From: Marsupella aquatica | Taxonomy: Eukaryota; Plantae; Marchantiophyta | Assembly (NCBI GenBank): GCA_973895155.1 | Contig: OZ316893.1 | Coordinates: 20,816,955-20,880,954, forward strand | DNA: 64,000 nt | Reading direction: 5' to 3' | Shown here: in pieces, positions 1 to 10,556 of the stretch | Layout: every line of letters begins with the position of its first letter | Position numbering within the stretch: position 1 is the stretch's first letter | Translations under genes and position numbers: made by a program | Notes under the pieces: model-generated | What the model was told of the DNA's origin: nothing | Seen by the model: only the letters and a program-made list of their open reading frames with translations | The model's database searches: none

Positions 1-2514
1 CAAAAGTTTCTTGCTCTTGTCCGCTTGTCTGTCCACATTCAAATACCAGGTGACCCAGGAAACATAAGGTGTCATGGTGATATAGCATATGCCATAAGGT
101 ATAATAACAAGGGTGTGAGAGAATCACAAGGGGCTACAAGCTAAGTCTGAATACTACGTAGGGCATGTGATAATTGTGCAAGTGAGGGTTTCTCCATTGC
201 ATGAGGCAAGTGACACACCAATAGATGAGGGTCGGGCCCACCCAGCTTTGCCACGTCAAATAACTAGAATATCCCAAACAAATATATACTGACTCTGCAT
301 CCTCTAACAACACAATATTGTAGAGGTTAGCACTTGGACTCCTACCATCCTTTCCTATATCAATAGCTACTAATGTCCAAATATTTGTTAGACTACACTC
401 AAGACCATTTTGGCCTACAAAGCAGAAGATAACACAGTGAGCATAATTACCTATCACTCAATTTCGAAGCTGAAAGTTGAAGGCTAAAAGGCAAGTTTTT
501 TACAAAGGCCTTCGACTCACAAATTCCAGATCCAATCTCCACCCGCACATTGGGAATACTGAATCTACCAAAATTAAACCTGTCTGACTTTTCTCAAACT
601 CTTCCCAGAAAGCTTGTCATAATAGTTGTCTTCTCACAACAGTTTCCATCTCATTTCTAATTTTCGTACAACTTTCTTTTAAAACAGCCGCACGACTCAC
701 CCATGGTTAGAGACCTCCATGCTGCTTATATTTGTTGAGCTGAAGCCCCTTTAGACTACACAGCACCTACCTTTCAGAAGTGGTCGGTAAAAGCTCTTTA
801 CAATTTGGGTTTTTCTGGGTTTAATGCACTGGGCCCTCCAGAAAGAAAAACTGCCAAAGACACAAAGGTTGGCTCGACAGACTAAAATCATTGTGAAACA
901 AAACAATAGCAAAGCGCTCTAAAAACTCTTGTCATTTTGAATAGGTTGATGTTGCGGAACTCTTAAATTTTGGTCACTGTTTTTGCTGCCCTCCAATTTG
1001 ACACAAGTGTTTTCCCAACCATCAGATCTAGAGAGAAAAAGGCTACCGTATTATTGTACTCACCTTTGCCTTGCTTCCCCCACTACCTTCCCATTTCCTG
1101 AATAGTTTTTGAAACAGGCCAGTTTAGGTTGGCACTTTTCCCCAAACTCACTCCCACGCTTCCTCTGAGGAATTCTTTGTTCCCATTTTCACAGCTTTTG
1201 CTTTTCCTTTCAAACTGGTGCATGCAATCTTTGACAGTTCATTGACCACACTTTTTGCAACGACAACACAACATGACCACAACAACATGTTTGCAATGAC
1301 ATTTGGACATGATAGGGCATCAAGCTACTGAATTTAGAGTAAAAAATGTTTGTTTTCCTCAACGAGCCTTTTTGGACCATTGTAGCTTTTGTGACTCTAT
1401 TATTCTTTAATTAAAGGCTTCTGAATTGAGAAATTATTGGTAATTATTGGTCTCAGTGTTACCTTTTGAGGATCGTTTTAGGTTTTGTATCCGGTTGCAT
1501 GATGTCACTACAAGCCCAACCAACATAAAGAAATAACAAACGAGTGACAAGTATTGGCTCTGGTGATTTTGGCCAGGTCGAGGCCAGGCATAATTTTCAT
1601 ATATAAAATAAATGTTTGTCTCATGGTGGAAGGGGAAACCTTTATCCTGGAAAGTTAGCGACGAACTTAAAATGACACATGATGGTGTGAGAATAGAAAG
1701 CATGTCCATAATGCCTGCCCACATTCCTTATAATTTTTGTTAGGAGGTTGCCATAGATTCTCTTGAAAAGATTCTGACCAGATTTTCAGAAAGGAAAGTA
1801 GAGGGAAAAAGGGGAACTCAGGCAGCCATTTAACTCGCTGGCATAACTTCAGGTTAGTGCCCTTACACCACATTCAGCATCATTGATACACTAGAAAAGG
1901 CTACCATCGATGCCTACCAGCAGCTCATCTGCATGAATTCCGCAATACTGAATACTATAAATAATTAGAAAACAGTTTTGAGTAAACTTTATTTACGACA
2001 ACTCCCGCCGGGCAGAGAGAGTTCACTACTCATGTTCTAGGGTTGGCCAGCTATATTGCAATGCACGAAGTAATAGGACCCTAAGTGGGGAATTCACCAG
2101 GGTTCCACCATGAAGTACATTCTTTTCTCATGCACCCTGTTGCGAAGGACAGCCACCATGATGACAGACTGCTATGTTGTTGTCAAACTGCTACTTTGTC
2201 ATAGTTGCCAGTTCATGAATTACAAGATCTTGATAGACATTTGATGGTGGGATAATTGAGGGCCCCATCAGAAATGTATACTTGATGGGTGAGCACTGGG
2301 TAACTAAACATTTATTAGATGTGGATGGGGGTGGAAAAATGTCTTAATGGGGGTGCTCATGCTTGTATTCGCCACAGTGCTCAACACTATCTTCACCACA
2401 GTGAGCATCTCATCGAGTCATTTTGAAAGTTGACACTGCCATCAAGAAGGTGTTCCATGCTGAATCCCCATTAATGAAGATGTTTGCTGTTACACCCCAA
2501 TTGGACCCCCATCA

Positions 2515-2828
2515 TGTTAAAACATTTTGGCTCAAACTAGACAAGAGATACGGAACATGAGAACACACTCAATCACACGCTACACCAAGGAAACACCACA
2601 AATGTGGGCACAAATGCAAAAACATTTGAAGGATCCATAGCATATATATGAGAGTACATGTGAAATAGGAGGGAGAGAATGCTCTCCCTCCAACCTATAC
2701 CCCCCAAGGGGGGGGGACTAAGATATTGGGCCTAAGTAAAGTGGATAGTATCATAATCTAATCAAATGTCAACTAACCCTAGTAAGGCCATATTTACTAT
2801 AGTCATGAACTTGAGTCAATTCCTAACA
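2515..2828. mobile_element. Solo LTR (314 bp)
   Basis: Begins TGTTA and ends TAACA. Perfect 5-bp target-site duplication CATCA at 2510-2514 and 2829-2833. No PBS or internal domain adjacent. TATA-like CATATATATG at 2641. Confidence 0.8.
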
Positions 2829-4833
2829 CATCATCTTGCTGTCCCTTCTAGCCTATCTATGGTCTGCACCAGTGGCTCCCCTTGACCAGTTTGGGCCCTC
2901 AGAGAGGCCTGAGTTCAGGTTAGTTTGATGTACTGGTTCCCTTGAAATAGTGGTTGATGAATTTGCCCCATTTGAGGCTTAACCCAGGGCATGCTCACTA
3001 CAAAAGTGATCTCAGGTTGCCCCCCCTGCCCTGGTTAAAACAAAGAAAAGGGACCCCCCATCAAGGAGGATATTTGCTATTACAAACCAATCAAGCCATC
3101 CTCTGTGTTTCTAATTGTGAAAGGTTTTAAATCCCAAACAACAGTTTAGAGGCTCTGTCCTCAAAGAAGTATCTCTCTCATGGTTTGTAAAGGTCTCTCA
3201 AATTCCTGTACAAAAATTGGGACAAATTCTCAAACTAAGGTGTATTTATTTTACAGCCAAGCTAGTTGTTGTCCTGTAACTTTGGTGTGATTGGTACACC
3301 AGGCTGGAGCCCTTCATAACAAAACAACTACAATAGACCTTGAGGGGTTGAGCTGGAAGACTGAGAGACAAGCTCTACATAATAATTCCATCCTAGACCC
3401 TCCTTCAATTTCATTGGAAGGTCTGAGTCCATGAAAGTTGATGTTCAAATGAACCATGAGACCGAGCACTTGTTGACACCAAAAAACATTATACAAAGAA
3501 ATAATGGTATTGTCTGAGTAAAACATAAATGGTTTAGCAACTTCCATGTGAGTTGCAAGGGTCCATATGAACATCTTGTCAAACCTTATTGTCTGTGGGA
3601 GCTTCCCATGCCTGTTCCGTCACCATGACCGGGCAAGTTAAGAGAGGACACCTCAATGGATGAATCTTAAAAAATGTATAAAGAAATGTGCTACAAGGAT
3701 CAAAAAACAATTTATGATTGAGCCAACAATACTCAATTAAAGCCTAAGATCAATCCATATATACGAGACATTTTAGAAGCCAACTTCTGTTTGGGTATGC
3801 AGTCAGTGATGAGGTTGTCTAACCTCATAGGTCACCGTTGGGAATAGAGTTGTCATTAGCTATTCTATCCATGACAGAATTCCAGTTGGAGCCCCAATCG
3901 CGCAAACCGTGTGCTCCCAATTATAGTTGTAGCTTGTGTTCCTAGGCTTGGTATCCCTAGTGTCCTGCTTGGATCCATTCCAGGCAGCATTCCATCTCTC
4001 TGAAAAGTTTTTGTCACTCTTGGCTAAAATTTGTTAGGTCTTACATTTTCCATAAGCCAGTTTCTCACCTAGCCACAGTCCCAATTAACCTGAATCTAGC
4101 CATGAATTTAGGGAGATCTGATGGTCAGAATTAATGTTGGAAAATTAGATGAGGAATCTCTTAGCACCTTTTCCTTCACACTAGGTAATGTCAGGGTGAA
4201 ATATAATGTTTCTGATTCCAGGCCCAGGGTGCTTACTTGGTGATGTGGGGTTCTTTTCATAAGTCGGCTGCTGGCAAGCATTTTGTTGATTGCCCCTCTA
4301 TCGCTGCCCCTCAATATTGTTGTCTCTGGTCCCCACTGTTTTTGTTTCATGGGTGACTTAGAATTCATTTAGTGCATTATCGCCATTTAGTGCATAATAA
4401 CCTTTCCACCCAAAAAATACAAATTGAGAGAACTTGTGCCGATGGATGGGCTGTGAGCTAGTTCCATAAATTGTAATGTGGGACATGAGTCTTCTTCTTG
4501 AAGTGGAAGCTTGGATGGACACGACAACTCGGATGGAGGTCAATAGGAACTTTACAGTGTCATGATATGGAACTGTAAGAGGTGATATGCAGACGTGTTA
4601 ACCGTGTCGTGACATATAGTATCGTAGCCATAGTGTATCAAAAACATACAAGTCACCGACAATGCATATGTGCAAGCTGCTAGCAACCAACATCCTTAGA
4701 AAAAGTCCAATCACATTCACAAGTGCCAAGAAAAAAGCAACTGAGGTGGTATGTACGTAGTGGAGGTGCGGGTGGAGGTGTAAACCTCTGTATCCCCCAC
4801 CAGACCACAGCCAAAAGGAGGGCTGAAGAAAAG

Positions 4834-5272
4834 TCAGGTAGCACGTGGAGCACAGGAAGGGCAAAACCATAACCCTTCTGGCACCTGGGTAAGTTCAGGC
4901 CGAAGGCAGAAAAGATGGTACCCTCCATTGCAATTATCACATAGAAGCATCTAGTCAGCATCATCAATTTGCAAAGTAACACACTTTGCAAGGGTAGTCC
5001 ACAGGTGGAATCCAGGTAGAAGTCACAATGGTGGGATCCAGGTTGGGCAGATGACAAGGGGCGCAATTCTTGGCATTGTCAGCAATTGTGCGCCCATCTG
5101 CCCCTTGTAACTCTAGCACTCCAGACGATTGAATAGCCTTAACCCTGAGAATGGTACGACTGGTAGAGGTGTCCAGGGTGTCGTTAGCTTGCCGCTGCAA
5201 GTACACAAAATCTCCCACATCAAACTTCCTGACCTTGGGCTGAAAAGTGTCCCCTCGTGTGTGTGCATAACG
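4834..5272 (-). pseudogene. Integrase C-terminus plus PHD finger (C4HC3) of the Gypsy element
   Basis: Manual translation across a frameshift at ~4970 gives [43 protein letters not shown], with canonical PHD spacing and the W-x-C-x2-C tail. Internal TAG at 4951-4953; terminal TGA at 4834-4836. Confidence 0.88.
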
Positions 5273-6553
5273 CCCTGGGCCCTCACTCTTACTATATTAA
5301 GTGAACCCCCCTGAGAACAGACACCCCCCGTGTACCCCTTCTTAATATTTTTGTTCACAAAAAAAAATCCCTTGTTAATGTAAAAACATTATTTTTTCCT
5401 ATAAAAATTTATCCTTTTGTAAATTATAACAGAGTTTTTCAAGGAATTAAAAAAACCCTTGAATTTTTAAAAATTGTAAATATCATACTGAAACATAAAA
5501 GATTCTATTTTTCATAGGGGAATATTATGTTACGCTGATGTTCACGGTACATATTTTATATAGATCATAACAAAACTAGTACTAAAGATTTATAGTTCTT
5601 CCTAGAGTATATGACTATAACTCAGGCAACTTGTAGACCTCATAGAGATAAACTGAACTAGTACAAATGCATTATTATGCTATGCTATATCCTTGGAGGA
5701 ATAATTGCATATATACTACTTATGTAAACTTCAATTGCTAAATTATTCTATCTTGACTAAGAATGGTATGACATCAACCATTAACACCAAATGATAAGTA
5801 GAGTTTTTGGCAACTTCTTTCATGCAACCTGACACATCAAACCACACATTAATCATATATATTCTAGACACAAAGTACTAATAATACAAAAAATGACTAC
5901 TGAAAATTGTGGAGAGTAATACCATCAAATCTCCTTTGGCTGAAATTGTTACTTAGACATGGTGGGTAATTTTCCTGCCATCTCTGCAATCAAACAACTG
6001 TGAGCACCGGGTACCCCCCCCCCAACCCAATGATCAAGGGAGTACACCACCCCACACACCTCATACCTGGCCATTTGATTCAAGGGAATTCAAAAGTAAT
6101 CTTGTTTGTCTATGTGGGATTGATTCATGGGTCCCCATCAATCCCAGAACCCCAAACGAGTTGGGCCCCAAAATCCTGGCCCAACATTTACTTAACTCCC
6201 AACTTAACACATGCGGGTAAACAAGTCTACCATGCAAACCCATGAAACCAAACTTGCCTTAAGAGGATAAATAATTAAATGTCTGATTTACTATATGGAC
6301 ATGTGTGCCAATGAAGTGATGACATGTGTGCCAACCATATAGTGACATGTGTCCTTGGCATTTTAGGTACCCTTGCATAAGATTAATGTGACATGTATTT
6401 GATAAGAGCCTTATTACTAATATTGTGATGAATGTATATACATGGATGTTGCATACTTTAAAAAATATTATAAAAATTAGTTTGCATTACATTAAAAATA
6501 CCCTTGCGTTGTTCGCACGTCCTCCCTGCATTAGTAACGCTAAGGGCCCAGGG
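5273..6553. mobile_element. Non-autonomous TIR DNA transposon (1281 bp) nested in the Gypsy integrase
   Basis: 8-bp TSD GCATAACG (5265-5272, 6554-6561). Imperfect 22-bp TIR CCCTGGGCCCT-N5-TTACTA. AT-rich non-coding interior. Excision restores the integrase frame ...HRDTLRYA|HTRGDTFQPKVRKFDVGDFVYL. Confidence 0.9.
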
Positions 6554-7665
6554 GCATAACGTAGTGTGTCCCTGTGTTGTGCAATGGCCAAATTCTCCAT
6601 GGCCATGGGCATAACCCTCATGAATAGGGCAGCCCTCTCAGAGATCACATCAGACCAAGTTACAGTTGAATCCAATTCCACCACCTGAAGCATGTGAGCA
6701 GCAATAGCAGAAGGTGGAACTGGGTGACGACCAAACAACAAGAAGTAGGGAGAAAAGTTAGACAGTGATGCATGTCTGGACATCCTATACCCCATGGCAA
6801 TGTAGGGTAAGGCCAGGTCCCAATCCTCCTTGTTTTTGGTGAGGCAGATCTTCCGGAGGCCCTTCTTGCATGTCTGAACCATGCGCTCTACCAAGCCATC
6901 TGCCTGTGGGTGATCTCGTGATGTCCGACGATGATCAATGAGGGCCTGATCAAGCAGCTCCTGGAACTCTCCTCTAAACTCTGAGCCCTGGTCAGTGAGA
7001 CATTCTGCACAAGCTCCAAAGTGGCTGAGAACTTGTTGCAGGAATGCCTCGCTGGTGCTACGGGAGGTCTTATCTGGCAATGCCACAAGTTCTATCCACT
7101 TGGAGAAATGCTCTATCATGATCATGATGTAGAGATTACCCCGAGATGTGAGGGGTAATTCTCCAGCCAAATCACATGACCAACGATAAAACATGCCCTG
7201 AATAGGGAGTGGATGAAGTGTGGGTTGCCGAGATGTGAAAGAAGTCCTTACCCTATCACACTGCTCACACCGGGCAATAACATCTCGAACCTAGCCATGC
7301 ATGCCTCGCCAATGATAATGGGGGACCAAGAGGCTATAAGTCCTCTTAATGCCAAAATGACCAAGCTCAGAATGTACCTTACGGATAAGGCCAACCCTCT
7401 CATGAATGGGTGGAACCACCACTTCCCTGTCTGGCAAGCAGCGCATGAGATGATCTCCCTTCCACAAGTAGCACTTGGACCTTTGCTGAATTCGGTCTCT
7501 CTGGGTTGCAGTAACCTGTATGGGGTACTCCCCATGCTGCAAAAATCTCAGAGTGTCGTTGTCCTCCCATATGTCCACCACAGGTTGGTTAACAACATAG
7601 CATGGCAGCAAAGCAAGATAGGTAGATGCATGAAATATAGGCAGGATGGAAACCTGGTCAAAATC
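6554..7665 (-). pseudogene. Gypsy integrase (zinc-binding and catalytic core)
   Basis: VHSELGHFG..RCEQC zinc finger; DDE residues in WSCDLAG, LTDQGSEF and GLVERMV; one TAG at 7291-7293. Confidence 0.92.
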
Positions 7666-9140
7666 CTACCGTGCATCTGAGGAATCATCAGAGGCAATCA
7701 AAGGGCTGCGGGACATAGTGTCAGCATTTTGATGTGTCACACCAGGCCTATGAATTACCTCAAAATCATACTCCTGGAGTATGAGCGCCCAACGAGCAAG
7801 CTTGCCAGTAAGCTTGTCGTTGGTCATCAACCACTTCAAGGGCTGGTGGTCGGTGTAGAGGACAAACTTGGTCCCATAGAGGTAGGGCCTGTAATGTATG
7901 ACAACCCACACAACAGCAAGGCATTCACCCTCATACGAAGAATAATGACTCTTTGCCTGATTGTTGCTCCTAGATGCATAGGCAATGATGTACTCTTTAC
8001 CTTCCTCATCATGCTGGCCCAGAATGGCACCAATCCCAAGGGCACTCCAATATCTGTGTAGCACAAAGACCTTGCTGAAATCAGGTCTTCTCAACACCAG
8101 GTATTCTGAGAGCTTTTCCTTCAAAGTGGCAAATGCTGCCTTAGCATCTGTACTCCATGTCCAAGTCACATTATTTTTCAACAAAGCATACAATGCGTGT
8201 GCAATGGTACTGAAATCTTTGATGTAGATCCAGTAGTAATCGCACAACCCAATAAAACTCCTCAAAGTGTGAACATCGGTAGGAGTGGGCATTTCCAAGA
8301 TGGATACCACCTTGGCCCAATGAGCCATGGTTCCATTTGGAAGAATGCGGTGCCCAAGGTATACTACTGATTTGACAGCAAATTCACACTTCTTGGGGTG
8401 TATCTTTAGGTTCACCTTCTTAAGCCTCATGAATAGCTCCTTGAGGTCAAGTAGATGCTGGTCAAATCCTTTGCTGTGGACCAACACATCATCAATGTAG
8501 CATTTCAAAAACTCAGCACCTTGAAGAACCTGGTCCATGACTCTTTGAAAGAATATGGGCGCATTCTTCAAGCCAAATGGCATCACCAACCACTCCCATA
8601 GTTGGTTACTACCATGGAAAGCTGTTTTCTTGCGGTCCTTTGTAAACAGCAAAATCTGGTTAAAGCCTTGCCTTAGATCCACAAGAGTGAAGATGTCTGA
8701 GTCTCCAATGCTGTCAAATAGCTCCTCTGGCCGTGGCATGGGGTACCTGTCCTGGGGTGTGACCAGGTTCAATGGCCTGTAGTCTCCACACATGCGCTTC
8801 TCTGTCCATAATCCACTGGAATCCTTCTTTGCTGGCATCATTGTAGCTACTGCAAAATCTGATGTAGATGGCTGAATAAGACCAACTTCATAGAGCTCTT
8901 GGCACCTCTCATCCACCAGCTGCCACTCATGCTTACTCAAACGGTGTTTCCGCCTGAAGATAGGTGTTTCATCAGCCAACTCAATGGAGAACTACATAGT
9001 CTTGCACTTACCCAAGTCCTTCATAGAGAAAGCAAACATATTCTCATGCTTGAGGAGCAACTTCAGCAGCTGGTCTTTCTGTCTTTTACTCAGGTGGTTG
9101 CCCATGATGAATGTGTAGTTGGCAACACTAGGAATAGGAC
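7666..9140 (-). pseudogene. Gypsy reverse transcriptase and RNase H
   Basis: ORF 7666-8979 contains YIDD. The first RNase H Asp motif has degenerated (expected TD, reads HRYWS). TAG stops at 8992-8994 and 7666-7668. Confidence 0.95.
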
Positions 9141-9439
9141 CTGATGTACTCGTGCTTGAAGAGCCAAAAGTGCCAGCCTCTCCACTATCCAAGCTGCTAG
9201 CATGCTGCTAATACGGTGATGAGGCCTCTCCAAGGCCTATTGTACCTGCTGATCTGGGTTGGTCCACACCATGAAACTCATAAATATTGAATGTTAGCCA
9301 CGTTACAAGGGACCTCCTCCCCCCCAACACTTGGACTGAAGCGGTGAGTGTTGAATAGAGGTAAGTGCACCTGGTCTGGATGCCATGTAGCAGCACCATG
9401 GAGTGGTAGAGCTGGAACTCCTGATGCTGGAGGAATGTA

Positions 9440-10453
9440 CATCTGAAAAAGGATGCAAGTGACCAGAAGCCAAGTGAGAGCATGGAGATCCATTACCCTG
9501 CCAAGTAAAGCATTCCTGGCCAGCCTGGTGATGTGGGTGTGGCCTGTAGTACCGGATTGGAAGCCCATAGCCCGTTCTCTCTCCTCACGACTAGGTTCAT
9601 CCCATGTACCGGTAGAATGTCGGTAAACCAGGCCAGGACCATCACCCTGAAAAGCATGTGCACCTGGAAAGGACACAAATGTAGGCCAAGCAGCACGGGG
9701 CTGTCCAATGGTAGTGGCTGGATACCAAGGTGCTGGCTCTTGCCATGTAACTGGATGACAAGAACTGTCAGGATCCAAAATCTGGTCCACTATGAGGTTA
9801 GTGTCCCTGGATGTGTGGTGAAGAGCTAACTCCAGCCTCGGGGGGTTGACTATCAAAAATCTTAGGAACCACGTGTGATCCAAAATAGGTATTTTTGGCA
9901 AATTTTAACTAAATTTTTAAAAAACATAGGAGACAAAAGAAGGTATTATAAGCTCATGTTTATAGAATATTCTTTAATATATACCCTTTATAAAGTAAAA
10001 TAGGTTATTAATATTGAAAATAGAGAATATTTTTGGATTAGGCTAGGATTGCACGTGGTACCCCAAAATATACGCTTAGTTAATCCCCCGAGACTCCAGC
10101 AAGGAAGGTGGTGCAAGGTTAGTCCAAAAGTTACGAAGACGATGTGCATAAGAACCACAGTGCACTGCATCAATGAGAAGGGGTGGTCCCAAGTAGTGCT
10201 GGACCACACTGAAATCCTCTTTGACCTGTGGATGCTGGTCAAACTGAGATGGAGTATTCTCAATGATATAACCAATAGCAGGATAAAGGGATCGAGCCCT
10301 GGTGAGAATCTGAACCAATGCTGTGAAAAGGCCAGAACGAGAATCATGCAGTCCAGCACCGTGACCAGCAGCTGAAAACCCTTGGCATTCCCAACCAGCT
10401 ATGATCAAATCAAGGGAGCCAAGAAGGGTTAAGTGCCGGTGCTGGACAAGCCG
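9440..10453 (-). pseudogene. Retrotransposon-encoded DNMT3-like C5-cytosine methyltransferase domain (motifs IV-X; motifs I-III lost by truncation)
   Basis: Motif IV DLIIAGWECQGFS, motif VI YIIEN, motif VIII AHRLRNFWTNL, motif IX EERERAMGF, motif X RLARNALLGRVMD (compare DNMT3 RLARQRLLGRSW). ORFs 10076-10555 and 9278-9901 share a frame and join once the 256-bp MITE plus one TSD (264 bp) is removed. Confidence 0.88.
9837..10092. mobile_element. MITE (256 bp) nested in the DNMT domain
   Basis: 8-bp TSD ACTCCAGC (9829-9836, 10093-10100). 16-bp imperfect TIR CTCGGGGG(G/A)TT(G/A)ACTA. AT-rich interior. Confidence 0.9.
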
Positions 10454-10556
10454 AGACTCCAATGAAATTGGCACCAATGGTCGTGGATCACTCCGTAAAT
10501 GGTACTTGGGTGTCAGTGGCGATGTGCTGCTACCTCCTGGCTCGTTTGCTGACATG

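Larger units (their letters stand above)
4834..10453 (-). mobile_element. 5'-truncated, degenerate Ty3/Gypsy LTR retrotransposon; pol order DNMT-RT-RNaseH-integrase-PHD; carries two nested DNA-transposon insertions
   Basis: RT (CGDYRPLN, MPFGLKNAP, YIDD), RNase H (YEGECLAV, YTDHQPL, NADTMSR), then integrase (H-x4-H..CxxC; D-D-E in SCDLAG/TDQGSEF/LVERMV) give the Gypsy domain order. The consecutive ORFs 9208-9483, 8992-9192, 7666-8979, 7291-7611 and 6487-7194 share one frame, broken only by single TAG stops. No gag, protease or LTR pair was identified. Confidence 0.92.

Noticed and set aside
70-456. LTR-like segment (TGTCA...TATCA with a TATA-like motif)
   Set aside because: No matching TSD, second copy, PBS or PPT seen.
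3750-4370. Possible extra minus-strand ORF downstream of the Gypsy pol
   Set aside because: About 8 stops in 125 codons is roughly what random sequence gives, and there is no recognisable motif.
2488-4830. 3' LTR and PPT of the DNMT-Gypsy element
   Set aside because: A G-rich tract at ~4790 and a TGTTAC at 2488 are suggestive, but the ends cannot be defined without a 5' LTR.
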